Shown here piece by piece: positions 22,015 through 32,000 of a stretch of 32,000 bases of DNA. Location of the stretch: sequence record CM037205.1, one strand, 5' to 3'. Below the pieces are notes generated by a model that saw nothing but the letters and a program-made list of their open reading frames with translations, was not told the DNA's origin and did no database searches. Each line of letters starts with the position of its first letter. Within the stretch, counting starts at the first letter, position 1. Made by a program: the position numbers and the translations under genes.

Positions 22015-22281
22015 CGGCCTCGTGCCGATGAATGGAGAAGGATAATTCTGCGGGGCGCCCCGGGGAAGCCGCTGCCCCGGCTGCACGCCCCGAAGCAGCC
22101 ACTTGGCGCGCCGCACTCCCCCGGCTTGGCGCGCGGAAAGGCGCGGGGGTTGCCCCGGCTTTGCTCGCCCTAAATAGCGAGCGCGGGTCCCGGGTGCCCA
22201 CCCGAACCCCTCCGATCTCGATGGGTGCCCCCCCGGGTCGCCGTAGGTACTGCCGGTGGTGGGAGACGCGGCGCGCTCGCC

Positions 22282-22355
22282 GACGGAATAGTTCAGCCGG
22301 GTAGAACCGCGGAATCATACTCCGCAGGTCGTGGGTTCGAGTCCCGCTTCCGTCC
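22282..22355 (+). tRNA. tRNA with CAU anticodon in the rrs-rnl spacer (Ile-lysidine type or elongator Met), copy B
   Basis: Acceptor GACGGAA/TTCCGTC, D stem GTTC/GAAC, anticodon stem GCGGA/TCCGC with loop ATCATAC, T arm GTGGG-TTCGAGT-CCCGC. It is distinct from the initiator-like trnfM at 8518..8590. Confidence 0.82.
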
Positions 22356-22399
22356 GCCTTGGGAGAATGCCTAGGCCTCCCCCACACGAGGACGCGCAC

Positions 22400-25160
<2,761 letters not shown>

Positions 25161-25164
25161 AGCT

Positions 25165-25340
25165 CGACAAGGGCCTTCGCCTTACAGGCTCGACAAGGGC
25201 CTGCGCCTTGCAGGCTTGCGTGGGCCTTCGCTCAGAGAGCTCGACAAGAGCCTGCGCCTTGCAGGCTTGAGTGGGCCTTCGCCTTACAGGCTCGACGAGG
25301 GCCTTCGCCTTACAGGCTCGACGAGGGCCTTCGCCCAGAA
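25165..25340. repeat. Array of related 25-50-bp units (GGGCCTTCGCCTTACAGGCTCGACRA / AGCCTGCGCCTTGCAGGCTTGMGT)
   Basis: Read directly. GCCTGCGCCTTGCAGGC is a 6-bp-stem hairpin (GCCTGC/GCAGGC). Related copies occur at 25794-25835 and in the 14355-14406 array. Confidence 0.85.
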
Positions 25341-25350
25341 GAGAAGCCTC

Positions 25351-25398
25351 GGGCGAATCGAAGTCGCCCCCATAGGGCGAATCGAAGTCGCCCCCATC
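25351..25398. repeat. 24-bp x 2 tandem hairpin unit GGGCGAATCGAAGTCGCCCCCATN; third dispersed copy at 25972..25998
   Basis: GGGCGA/TCGCCC is a 6-bp stem with a 7-nt loop. The 27-nt string GGGCGAATCGAAGTCGCCCCCATCCTG is identical at 25375 and 25972. Confidence 0.92.
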
Positions 25399-25540
25399 CT
25401 GCCTTCCCCCCTTCCCCCTGGGTCGGGGAAAGCAGCTTCACTCCCTTCCCCCTGCAGCAAGGGAAGCTGCCCCACCCCAACCACCACCGCGTAAGGTATC
25501 CTTCCTCAAGTTGAACGGGAGGGGGCGTGCAGGGCGCGGG

Positions 25541-25620
25541 GGAAGGAGCAAGGAGGGAAGGGGGAGAGAGTGCAAGGGCCCCCCTCCCGGGCGTCCCTCG
25601 CACTCTCTCTTCCTTCCTCC
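25541..25620. repeat. Long imperfect hairpin with a purine-only arm and a pyrimidine-only arm
   Basis: The left arm GGAAGGAGCAAGGAGGGAAGGGGGAGAGAGTGCAAGGG (25541-25578) pairs with the right arm CCCTCGCACTCTCTCTTCCTTCCTCC (25595-25620). The GAGAGAGTGC(A/G)AGGG core has one mismatch. The loop is about 16 nt. Confidence 0.8.
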
Positions 25621-25716
25621 GCATTCCCTGCCCCCCACTAAAGGAAACTTTTTTGTCGAGGGGCTTTCCCTCGGGAGACTCCTTGGCGAGAGGGCTGCAC
25701 CGGAAGGCTTGACTTC

Positions 25717-25794
25717 GCCTTCGCTCAAAGAGCTCGACAGGAGCCTTCGCTCAAAGAGCTCGACAGGAGCCTTCGCTCAAAGAGCTCGACACTA
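25717..25794. repeat. Tandem repeat, 26 bp x 3 (GCCTTCGCTCAAAGAGCTCGACAGGA)
   Basis: Units at 25717, 25743 and 25769; the third diverges at its end. Confidence 0.92.
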
Positions 25795-26063
25795 GCCTGC
25801 GCCTTGCAGGCTTGAGTGGGCCTTCGCCCTGTGGGCTCGAATTGCCGTAGCCCACGCACAGGGCCCGTAGACGGGCCTTTGAGGGGGAAGGGATACGCGC
25901 CTACCGGAAGATCGGTTTCCCTGCCTTCTCGGCGCTTTCTTGGCCCTCTCCGGCGTTTTTTCGTTTCCTTAGGGCGAATCGAAGTCGCCCCCATCCTGGG
26001 GGCGAGGCTAAAGCTCGTCCTTCCTGGGGGCGAGGCTGGGGCTTGGGGGCGCCTCGCGGGGGA

Positions 26064-26139
26064 CTTCGGCTTCGGCTTCGGCTTCGCCTCGAGCACGCCT
26101 TCGGCTTCGGCTTCGGCTTCGCCTCGAGCACGCCTTCGG
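26064..26139. repeat. Tandem repeat, 35 bp x 2, each unit = (CTTCGG)x3 + CTTCGCCTCGAGCACGC
   Basis: Units at 26064-26098 and 26099-26133, followed by a further CTTCGG. Confidence 0.92.
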
Positions 26140-26180
26140 GGGAGCCGAGGTCTTCCGACCCAAAAAAGAGCGGTCTCGCC

Positions 26181-27338
26181 GTGAAACGCGCCTCGCTGAC
26201 GCAACAACCGCTGCTGTCCCTGGTGGGGGACCACCTCATTCAGTACCCCACGCCCGCCAACCTTTCCTACTGGTGGGGCTTCGGCTCCCTGGCGGGGTTG
26301 TGCTTGGTGCTGCAGATGGCCACGGGCATCTTCCTGGCCATGCACTACACCCCGCACGTGGACCTGGCCTTTCAGAGCGTGGAGCACCTCATGCGCGACG
26401 TGGAAGGCGGCTGGTTGCTGCGCTACCTCCACGCCAACGGCGCGAGCTTCTTCTTTATCGTGGTGTACCTGCACCTGTTCCGCGGCCTGTACTACGGCTC
26501 CTACGCCTCCCCCCGCGAAGCGCTGTGGCTGTTGGGGGTGGTGCTGCTGCTGCTCATGATCGTCACCGCCTTCATCGGCTACGTGCTGCCCTGGGGACAA
26601 ATGAGCTTCTGGGGCGCCACGGTGATCACCAGCTTGGCCAGTGCCGTGCCCTGGGCGGGCGAGAGCTTGGTGCAGTGGCTGTGGGGCGGGTTCGCCGTGG
26701 AAAACGCGACCCTGAACCGCTTCTTCAGTCTGCACTATCTGCTGCCCTTCCTGTTGGCCGCGGCCAGTGGCCTGCATTTGGCCGCCCTGCACCAACACGG
26801 CTCCAACAATCCCTTGGGCGTGCACGCCCAGGTGGACAAGGTGGATTTCTACCCCTACTTCTACGCCAAGGATCTGGTGGGGTGGGTGAGTTTCGCCCTG
26901 CTCCTGTCCGCGGTGCTCTTCTTCGCCCCCAACGCTTTGGGACACCCCGACAACTACATCCCGGCCAATCCCATGTCCACCCCGGCCCACATCGTGCCGG
27001 AGTGGTACTTCCTGCCCGTGTACGCCATCCTGCGCAGCATCCCCAACAAATTGGCGGGGGTTGCGGCCATCGCCGCCGTCTTCGCCTGTTTGGCGGCCTT
27101 GCCCTGGTTGGGTCGCACGCCGCTGCGAAGCGCGGCCTTTCGTCCACTCTATCGAGCTTGCTTCTGGACCTTGGTGGCCGATGCTTGGCTCTTGGGGTGG
27201 ATCGGGATGCAACCCGTGGAGGATCCTTATTTGGGCATTGGGCAGTGGGCTTCGGTGTACTTTTTCTTCTACTTTCTGGTGTTGATTCCGGGGTTGGCGC
27301 GATTGGAGCCTTGGCTGTTGACCCGCAGGGGAAACTAG
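26181..27338 (+). CDS. cob: Apocytochrome b, probable GTG start
   Basis: ...[90 protein letters not shown]...[19 protein letters not shown]... The ORF-track start (26043) lies inside the 35-bp tandem repeat and would add 46 repeat-encoded residues. The GTG at 26181 gives a normal-length N-terminus (385 aa). Confidence 0.95.
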   Translation: MKRASLTQQPLLSLVGDHLIQYPTPANLSYWWGFGSLAGLCLVLQMATGIFLAMHYTPHVDLAFQSVEHLMRDVEGGWLLRYLHANGASFFFIVVYLHLFRGLYYGSYASPREALWLLGVVLLLLMIVTAFIGYVLPWGQMSFWGATVITSLASAVPWAGESLVQWLWGGFAVENATLNRFFSLHYLLPFLLAAASGLHLAALHQHGSNNPLGVHAQVDKVDFYPYFYAKDLVGWVSFALLLSAVLFFAPNALGHPDNYIPANPMSTPAHIVPEWYFLPVYAILRSIPNKLAGVAAIAAVFACLAALPWLGRTPLRSAAFRPLYRACFWTLVADAWLLGWIGMQPVEDPYLGIGQWASVYFFFYFLVLIPGLARLEPWLLTRRGN

Positions 27339-27364
27339 CCTTGGCTGTTGACCCGCAGGGGAAA
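27307..27364. repeat. Tandem duplication, 30-bp period, 28-nt core x 2, covering the last codons and stop of cob (AGCCTTGGCTGTTGACCCGCAGGGGAAA)
   Basis: Copies at 27307-27334 and 27337-27364. The cob TAG (27336-27338) sits on the junction. Confidence 0.93.
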
Positions 27365-27608
27365 TTCGCTTTGACGGTTGCCCTGTAAGGGTTTGGCGGC
27401 TGTCCTGCAAGGGTTTGGCCTTTGCCTCGGAGGGTCCATTCGGCTTGGCGGTGGCGCTGTGGGGTGGGGCTAGGGCTTGGGGTATTTTCGTCGAGTGCAA
27501 GTCTGTGGTGGCAAAGGTGGTCCCGTATCTGGGTGCCGCATTTCGTCTGGGCAACAGGGCTCAACGCAGCAATCTTCCTCGCGGGGGGCATCCCCCCCCG
27601 CTGTACCG

Positions 27609-27680
27609 TGGAGTATCGCCAAGGGGTAAGGCATCGGTTTTTGGTACCGACACGCAAAGGTTCGAATCCTTTTACTCCAG
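27609..27680 (+). tRNA. trnQ(uug): tRNA-Gln (UUG)
   Basis: Acceptor TGGAGTA/TACTCCA, anticodon stem TCGGT/ACCGA with loop TTTTGGT, T arm AAAGG-TTCGAAT-CCTTT. The 5' half TGGAGTATCGCCAAGGGGTAAGGC is typical of tRNA-Gln. Confidence 0.86.
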
Positions 27681-28316
27681 GACGGCTGCCCGCGCCAAAA
27701 GACGAGCCACCGCATACACCTGCGGCAAACTCTCCGGCGAGCCCCACAGCGGGTACGTCCAAGGGGCAGCCGCCAAGGACGCGGAGCTCGCAGCGCCCCA
27801 GCCCACGGTGGGCACCAAGGCCGCGTGCGCCTCGCGGCGCAGCACTTCGGTACCGCGGGGGTGAAGCGCGATCACCAGATCGGGGCGTTCCCCGCGCGGG
27901 TGCCACCCTCGCCAACGGCGGTGCAATCGCGCCAATCGGGGAGAGGGCACCGCACCGCGCCAAGGGAGGCCTCGGCGGTGGGCCTGCAAACTGCCCGACA
28001 CCTGCGTCCAGTTGGTGCACAGCCCTGCGGGCCAAGGTCCCCACAGCGCACTCTGTCCGCTGTGTTGGGCACAGGCGAAGACCAGCGCACGGTGCTCGGG
28101 CAGGGCGCTGTACCACAGCACGTGGGCGCGCCCTCGCGCGGCGCGCAGCAAGCGCGCGGCGCGGGCGACGCTGCGCTGCAACCTCGCCGCTTCGCCCATC
28201 CAAGGACCACCTTGGCGCACCAGCGCCCAGGGTGAAGCGCGCGGGTCGCGCACCTGCGGGGGACCCAGCACGGGGTCCCCGCGAAGTTCGGGGGGAAGAG
28301 CGGAGGGGGAAGTCAT
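27672..28316 (-). CDS. rps2: Ribosomal protein S2
   Basis: ATG at 28316 within ORF 27672..28556(-). GRAHVLWYSALPEHRALVFACAQHSGQSALWGPWPAGLCTNW and RPDLVIALHPRGTEVLRREAHAALVPTVGWGAASSASLAAAPWTYPLWGSPESLPQVYAVARLLARA match the S2 blocks (ilFVgTk...rWlgGmlTN ; PD-vii-d---e--Ai-EA--l-IPvi---D-n-dp--idypIP-NDd---si-l). The 3' end overlaps trnQ by 9 nt on the opposite strand. Confidence 0.75.
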   Translation of the reverse strand: MTSPSALPPELRGDPVLGPPQVRDPRASPWALVRQGGPWMGEAARLQRSVARAARLLRAARGRAHVLWYSALPEHRALVFACAQHSGQSALWGPWPAGLCTNWTQVSGSLQAHRRGLPWRGAVPSPRLARLHRRWRGWHPRGERPDLVIALHPRGTEVLRREAHAALVPTVGWGAASSASLAAAPWTYPLWGSPESLPQVYAVARLLARAAVLE

Positions 28317-28366
28317 CGTGGACGCGCTTTTTTTTTCCGGGGAAGCCCCATTTGGGGGCACAAGGC

Positions 28367-28439
28367 GTTCGGATAGCTCAGTCGGTAGAGCGAAGGATTG
28401 AAACTCCTTGTGCCGGTGGTTCGAGTCCACCTTCGAACA
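28367..28439 (+). tRNA. trnF(gaa): tRNA-Phe (GAA)
   Basis: Acceptor GTTCGGA/TTCGAAC, D stem GCTC/GAGC, anticodon stem AAGGA/TCCTT with loop TTGAAAC, T arm GGTGG-TTCGAGT-CCACC. Confidence 0.88.
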
Positions 28440-28458
28440 GAAAGAGAGATGCGAGACC

Positions 28459-30474
28459 ATGTACCTCTGCGTCGTGGCCCTGCCCCTGTGCGGCTTTCTC
28501 CTCGCCGCTGGCGCGGGGCGCTGGTTGGGGGGTCGGGGTGCCGCCCTGCTCACCACGGGGGGGGCGGTCCTGGGCTGGGCCCTTTGTTGCGTGCTCTTCT
28601 ACGAAGTTGCGCTGTGTGGGAGCCCCTGCTACCTCACGCTCGCGCCGTGGGTGCAGTGCGAGCTCTTCGATGCCACCTGGGGCTTCTGGTTCGACACCCT
28701 CACCGTGGTGATGTTGGTGGTGGTGACCAGCGTCAGCACCCTGGTGCACCTGTATTCCTGGGGCTACATGGCCGAGGACCCTCACCTGCCGCGCTTTCTG
28801 AGCTACCTGAGCCTCTTCACCTTCTTCATGGTGATGCTGGTGACGGGGGACAACTTCCTGCAGCTCTTCCTCGGCTGGGAAGGGGTGGGACTGGCGTCCT
28901 ACCTGCTCATCAACTTTTGGTTCACGCGCCTGCAGGCCAACAAAGCCGCCCTGAAAGCCATGGTGATGAACCGCGTCGGGGACGTCGGCTTGGCCCTGGG
29001 CGTGTGGGGCCTCTTTGCCCTCTTCGGGAGCGTGGAGTACGGAACGGTCTTCGCCTGCGCCAGTCAGGCCACGGGCATGCTCCTTCCTCTCTGGGGCACG
29101 CCCCTGGATGCTCTGAACGTGTGCTGTTTGCTCCTCTTCGTGGGGGCGGTGGGCAAGTCGGCCCAACTGGGACTGCACACCTGGCTGCCCGACGCCATGG
29201 AGGGCCCGACGCCCGTGTCGGCACTCATCCACGCCGCCACCATGGTGACGGCGGGGGTCTTCCTGCTGGCCCGATGCTCGCCCCTCTTCGAATGCGCGCC
29301 CCAAGCGCGCGGGGTGGTCGTCCTGTTGGGAGCAGCGACGGCCTTCTTCGCCGCCACGGCGGGGGTCGTGCAGAACGACCTGAAGCGCGTCATCGCTTAC
29401 TCCACCTGTAGCCAGTTGGGGTACATGGTGTTCGCCTGCGGGCTGTCGCACTACGACGTGGGCGTCTTCCACCTGGTGAACCACGCCTTCTTCAAGGCCC
29501 TGCTCTTCCTGGGTGCGGGGTGTGCCATCCACGCCTTCGGGGATGAACAGGACCTGCGCCGCATGGGAGGCGCCCTGCGCCTCTGCCCCCTGACCTACAG
29601 CGCCATGCTGCTGGGTTCCCTGGCCCTGGTGGGTTTCCCCTTCCTGGCGGGCTTTTACTCCAAGGACGCCATCCTGGAGGTGGCCTGCGCGCAGTACAGC
29701 CTCCGCGGGAGCTTCGCCTACGGGCTCGGGGCGATCTCCGCGGGATGCACGGCCTACTACTCGCTCCGCCTGTTGGTGTCGGCCTTCGGTGCGGCTCCGC
29801 AAGGGTCGCGCACCACCTACCGGGCCCTGCACGAGGCCCCTTGGCCCATGGCGCTCCCCCTGGTGCTCTTGGCCGTCGGCAGCCTCACTTCGGGCTACCT
29901 CGCCAAGGACATGATGCTGGGTGCAGGCACAGACTTCTGGCACCAAGCCCTGTACCAGGCCCCAGGGCAAGGTGCAGCGCTGGAGGCGGAGTACCTCCCG
30001 CAAGGGTTGAAGCTTCTGCCCTTGGGCTTCACGCTGAGTGGGGCCGCCTTGGCGGGGGCCCTGCACGCGAACTGGGGCGCTTCCCTTCTGCGCAAGGCCC
30101 GTCATCCCGCCCTGCGCGCTCTGTACGGCTTTTTGAACCAGCGCTGGTTGGTGGATCGCGTGTACAACGCCTACCTGGGGCGGGGGGCCATGGCCTTCGG
30201 GCACCAGGGCACCTTCCGCACCCTGGACCGCGGGGTGCTGGCCCAGTGGGGCCCCTTGGGGCTGACCCGCACCTTTCGGGACGCGTCCCAACGAGTCGCG
30301 GCGTGGCAGACGGGCTACGTGTACCACTACGCCCTGATCCTGCTTCTGGGGCTTACGGCGCTTCTGGCCTGGGTGGAAGGGCGCGCCTTTCTCGCCCACT
30401 GGGTGGATCCGCGGTTGTACCTTCTGTGGGCAGGGGTCTTTTTGCTGTCCCCCGGGGCGTCCCGAGGCGAGTGA
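28459..30474 (+). CDS. nad5: NADH dehydrogenase subunit 5
   Basis: ORF 28408..30474 trimmed to the ATG at 28459, because the upstream part overlaps trnF. ...HLYSWGYMAEDPHLPRFLSYLSLFTFFMVMLVTGDNFLQLFLGWEGVGLASYLLINFWFTRLQANKAALKAMVMNRVGDVGL...GKSAQLGLHTWLPDAMEGPTPVSALIHAATMVTAGVFL... Confidence 0.98.
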   Translation: MYLCVVALPLCGFLLAAGAGRWLGGRGAALLTTGGAVLGWALCCVLFYEVALCGSPCYLTLAPWVQCELFDATWGFWFDTLTVVMLVVVTSVSTLVHLYSWGYMAEDPHLPRFLSYLSLFTFFMVMLVTGDNFLQLFLGWEGVGLASYLLINFWFTRLQANKAALKAMVMNRVGDVGLALGVWGLFALFGSVEYGTVFACASQATGMLLPLWGTPLDALNVCCLLLFVGAVGKSAQLGLHTWLPDAMEGPTPVSALIHAATMVTAGVFLLARCSPLFECAPQARGVVVLLGAATAFFAATAGVVQNDLKRVIAYSTCSQLGYMVFACGLSHYDVGVFHLVNHAFFKALLFLGAGCAIHAFGDEQDLRRMGGALRLCPLTYSAMLLGSLALVGFPFLAGFYSKDAILEVACAQYSLRGSFAYGLGAISAGCTAYYSLRLLVSAFGAAPQGSRTTYRALHEAPWPMALPLVLLAVGSLTSGYLAKDMMLGAGTDFWHQALYQAPGQGAALEAEYLPQGLKLLPLGFTLSGAALAGALHANWGASLLRKARHPALRALYGFLNQRWLVDRVYNAYLGRGAMAFGHQGTFRTLDRGVLAQWGPLGLTRTFRDASQRVAAWQTGYVYHYALILLLGLTALLAWVEGRAFLAHWVDPRLYLLWAGVFLLSPGASRGE

Positions 30475-30630
30475 GCTTCTTCCCCCCCGCCTCGGGGCGC
30501 CTGCCCGCTGTCCCCCGGGGGTGCACCGCGCGATCCCGGAATTCGGGGGACGGGCGCACCCCCTCCCCCCTCGCTGTGTCGATCGGTGCCCGCGGGGCAC
30601 CGGGGACCGCGTCTCGGAAGGAGAACCCCC

Positions 30631-32000
30631 ATGTCCACGCTTCTGTTGAGCTGTCTCGCCCTGCCCTTGGGGGGCGCCTTGGGGTTGTCCCTGCTCCCTC
30701 GGGCGCGCGGTGAGTGGTTGCGCCTGGGGGCGCTGAGCGTCACCCTGGTCACCTTTTTGCTGAGTCTGCTGCTTTGGGTGGGGTTCGATGCTTCCACGGC
30801 CGCCTTTCAAGCCACGGCGCGCGTGTCCTGGCTGCCCGGTCTGCACTGGACCGTAGGGGTCGATGGCCTCTCCCTGCTCTTCGTGGTGCTCACCACCTTT
30901 CTGCTGCCCTCCTGCATCCTCGCGGGGTGGACTTTGCCGGAAGCTCGGCTGAAGGAGTATCTGGTCGCCTTTCTGGTCCTCGAATTCTGCATGTTGGGGG
31001 TCTTCGTCACCCTCGATTTGCTGGTGTTCTACCTCTTCTTCGAGGCGGTGTTGCTGCCCATGTTCCTGATCATCGGTCTGTTCGGTTCTCGCGCGCGCAA
31101 GGTGCAAGCCGCCTACCAGTTCTTCCTCTACACCCTGCTGGGTTCCGTCCTGCTGCTGCTGGGCATTCTGCTGCTGTACCTGCAGACGGGCACGACGGAC
31201 CTCCAGGTGCTGCTGCAGACCTCCTTCAGCGAGCGCCGTCAAGTGCTGCTGTGGGCCGCCTTCTTCGCGTCCTTCGCCGTCAAAGTGCCCATGGTGCCCG
31301 TGCACATCTGGTTGCCCGAGGCGCACGTGGAAGCCCCCACGGCGGGTTCCGTGATTTTGGCCGGGGTGCTGTTGAAGCTGGGCACCTACGGGTTCCTCCG
31401 CTTCTCCATTCCCCTGCTTCCTCAGGCCACCCTGTACTTCACGCCCTTGGTGTACACCCTGAGCGTGGTGGCCATCCTGTACACATCCCTCACGACCCTG
31501 CGCCAGGTGGATCTGAAGAAGATCATCGCCTACTCCTCCGTGGCCCACATGAACTACGTCACGCTGGGCCTCTTCAGTCTCAACCTGCAGGGCGTCGCCG
31601 GTAGCGTGATGCTCATGCTCAGCCACGGCTTGGTCTCCCCCGCGCTCTTTCTCTGCGTCGGGGCGCTCTACGAGCGACACCGCACACGCTTGGTGAAGTA
31701 CTACGGCGGGTGCGTGCAGGCCATGCCCTTGTTCGCCTTCCTCTTTTTGAGCTTCACCCTGGCCAACCTCAGTTTGCCGGGCACCAGCAGCTTCGTAGGG
31801 GAGTTCCTCATTCTGGTGGGGACCTGGCAGACCCATCCGGGGATGGCCACCCTGGCCGCCCTGGGCATGGTGCTGGGTGCGGCCTACTCCCTGTGGCTCT
31901 ACAACCGCGTGGTCTTCGGGCCCACGAAGCCCGCGTACCTGCCCGCGCTCTGCGACCTGCACCGCCGCGAGGTGGCCATGCTTCTGCCCTTTTGGGTGCG
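30631..32000 (+). CDS. nad4: NADH dehydrogenase subunit 4, 5' part; continues past the right window edge
   Basis: Hand-translated from the ATG at 30631. It is absent from the ORF track because no stop falls inside the window. MSTLLLSCLALPLGG...WTVGVDGLSLLFVVLTTFLLPSCILAGW...KVPMVPVHIWLPEAHVEAPTAGSVILAGVLLKLGTYGFLRF...AYSSVAHMNYVTLG...MLSHGLVSPALFLCVGALYERHRTRLVKYYGG. GGAAGGAG lies 7 nt upstream. Confidence 0.94.
   Translation, partial: MSTLLLSCLALPLGGALGLSLLPRARGEWLRLGALSVTLVTFLLSLLLWVGFDASTAAFQATARVSWLPGLHWTVGVDGLSLLFVVLTTFLLPSCILAGWTLPEARLKEYLVAFLVLEFCMLGVFVTLDLLVFYLFFEAVLLPMFLIIGLFGSRARKVQAAYQFFLYTLLGSVLLLLGILLLYLQTGTTDLQVLLQTSFSERRQVLLWAAFFASFAVKVPMVPVHIWLPEAHVEAPTAGSVILAGVLLKLGTYGFLRFSIPLLPQATLYFTPLVYTLSVVAILYTSLTTLRQVDLKKIIAYSSVAHMNYVTLGLFSLNLQGVAGSVMLMLSHGLVSPALFLCVGALYERHRTRLVKYYGGCVQAMPLFAFLFLSFTLANLSLPGTSSFVGEFLILVGTWQTHPGMATLAALGMVLGAAYSLWLYNRVVFGPTKPAYLPALCDLHRREVAMLLPFWV

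Noticed and set aside
26043-26180. An ATG-initiated 46-codon N-terminal extension of cob.
   Set aside because: The extension reads through the 35-bp tandem repeat as repeat-derived, Arg/Leu/Gly/Phe-rich low-complexity sequence. The GTG at 26181 gives the normal cob N-terminal length and is preceded by a purine run.
27470-27608. A possible 5S rRNA (rrn5) between cob and trnQ. The stretch GGTGGTCCCGTATCTGGGTGCCGCATTTCG vaguely recalls the bacterial 5S GGTGGTCCCACCTGACCCCATGCCGAAC.
   Set aside because: I could not build helix I (5'/3' pairing). I also could not find the loop C/E consensus (CCGAAC...AGTA/GAGAGTAGG). The similarity is limited to about 9 nt. A covariance-model search would settle it. 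No convincing rrn5 is visible anywhere in the window.
28378-31962. A 1194-aa ORF on the minus strand, the longest in the window.
   Set aside because: It is exactly antisense to nad5 and nad4. Its product is low-complexity (G/Q/H/E/R/P-rich) with no recognisable domain. Stop codons are rare in all frames of this GC-rich DNA, and strongly GC3-biased genes tend to leave the antisense frame open.

Overview
The window is part of a very GC-rich, gene-dense mitochondrial genome of the ancestral, bacterial-like type. It is not a bacterial accessory region, and I found no CRISPR array, transposon, phage or defence-type module.

Code and introns: the standard genetic code fits. TGG encodes Trp, and TGA, TAG and TAA all act as stops. 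No introns were seen in cox1, cob, nad genes or the rRNAs.

Architecture: two identical inverted-repeat copies carry an rrs - trn(CAU) - rnl operon. Copy A is 1..3176 on the minus strand and is cut by the left window edge. Copy B is 20523..23698 and probably continues through rnl to about 25160. They flank a 17.3-kb single-copy segment.

Single-copy segment, in order:
- cox1-atp4-atp8-nad4L-trnP-trnR (minus)
- trnG-trnL-rps4 (plus)
- a long minus-strand block: trnS-trnA-trnT-rps10-rps19-rps3-rpl16-rpl14-rpl5-rps14-rps8-rpl6-rps13-rps11-atp9-trnL-trnK-trnfM-trnS-tatC, which keeps the bacterial S10/spc/alpha operon order
- nad7-trnV-trnD-nad3 (plus)
- nad10-nad9-atp1 (minus)
- a probable rpl10 (plus), then trnH, trnC and trnY

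Right of repeat copy B: about 1 kb of hairpin and tandem repeats, then cob, trnQ, rps2 (minus), trnF, nad5 and the 5' 1.37 kb of nad4.

Most interesting signals:
1. A Shine-Dalgarno-like purine box sits upstream of nearly every CDS and is complementary to the CUCCUUUC 3' tail of rrs.
2. About 40% of genes start with GTG.
3. tatC has its only canonical start codon buried inside the same-strand trnS(uga).
4. Tandem arrays are seeded by gene ends (the trnT 3' half and the cob 3' end).
5. C:A mismatches in two tRNA stems.

Limits: the ORF track accepts ATG, GTG and TTG starts. In this GC-rich DNA it yields many long spurious ORFs, including gene-length antisense ORFs, which I rejected. tRNAs were folded by hand. 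rRNA ends are approximate (about +/-20-40 nt). The organism cannot be named from the sequence alone.
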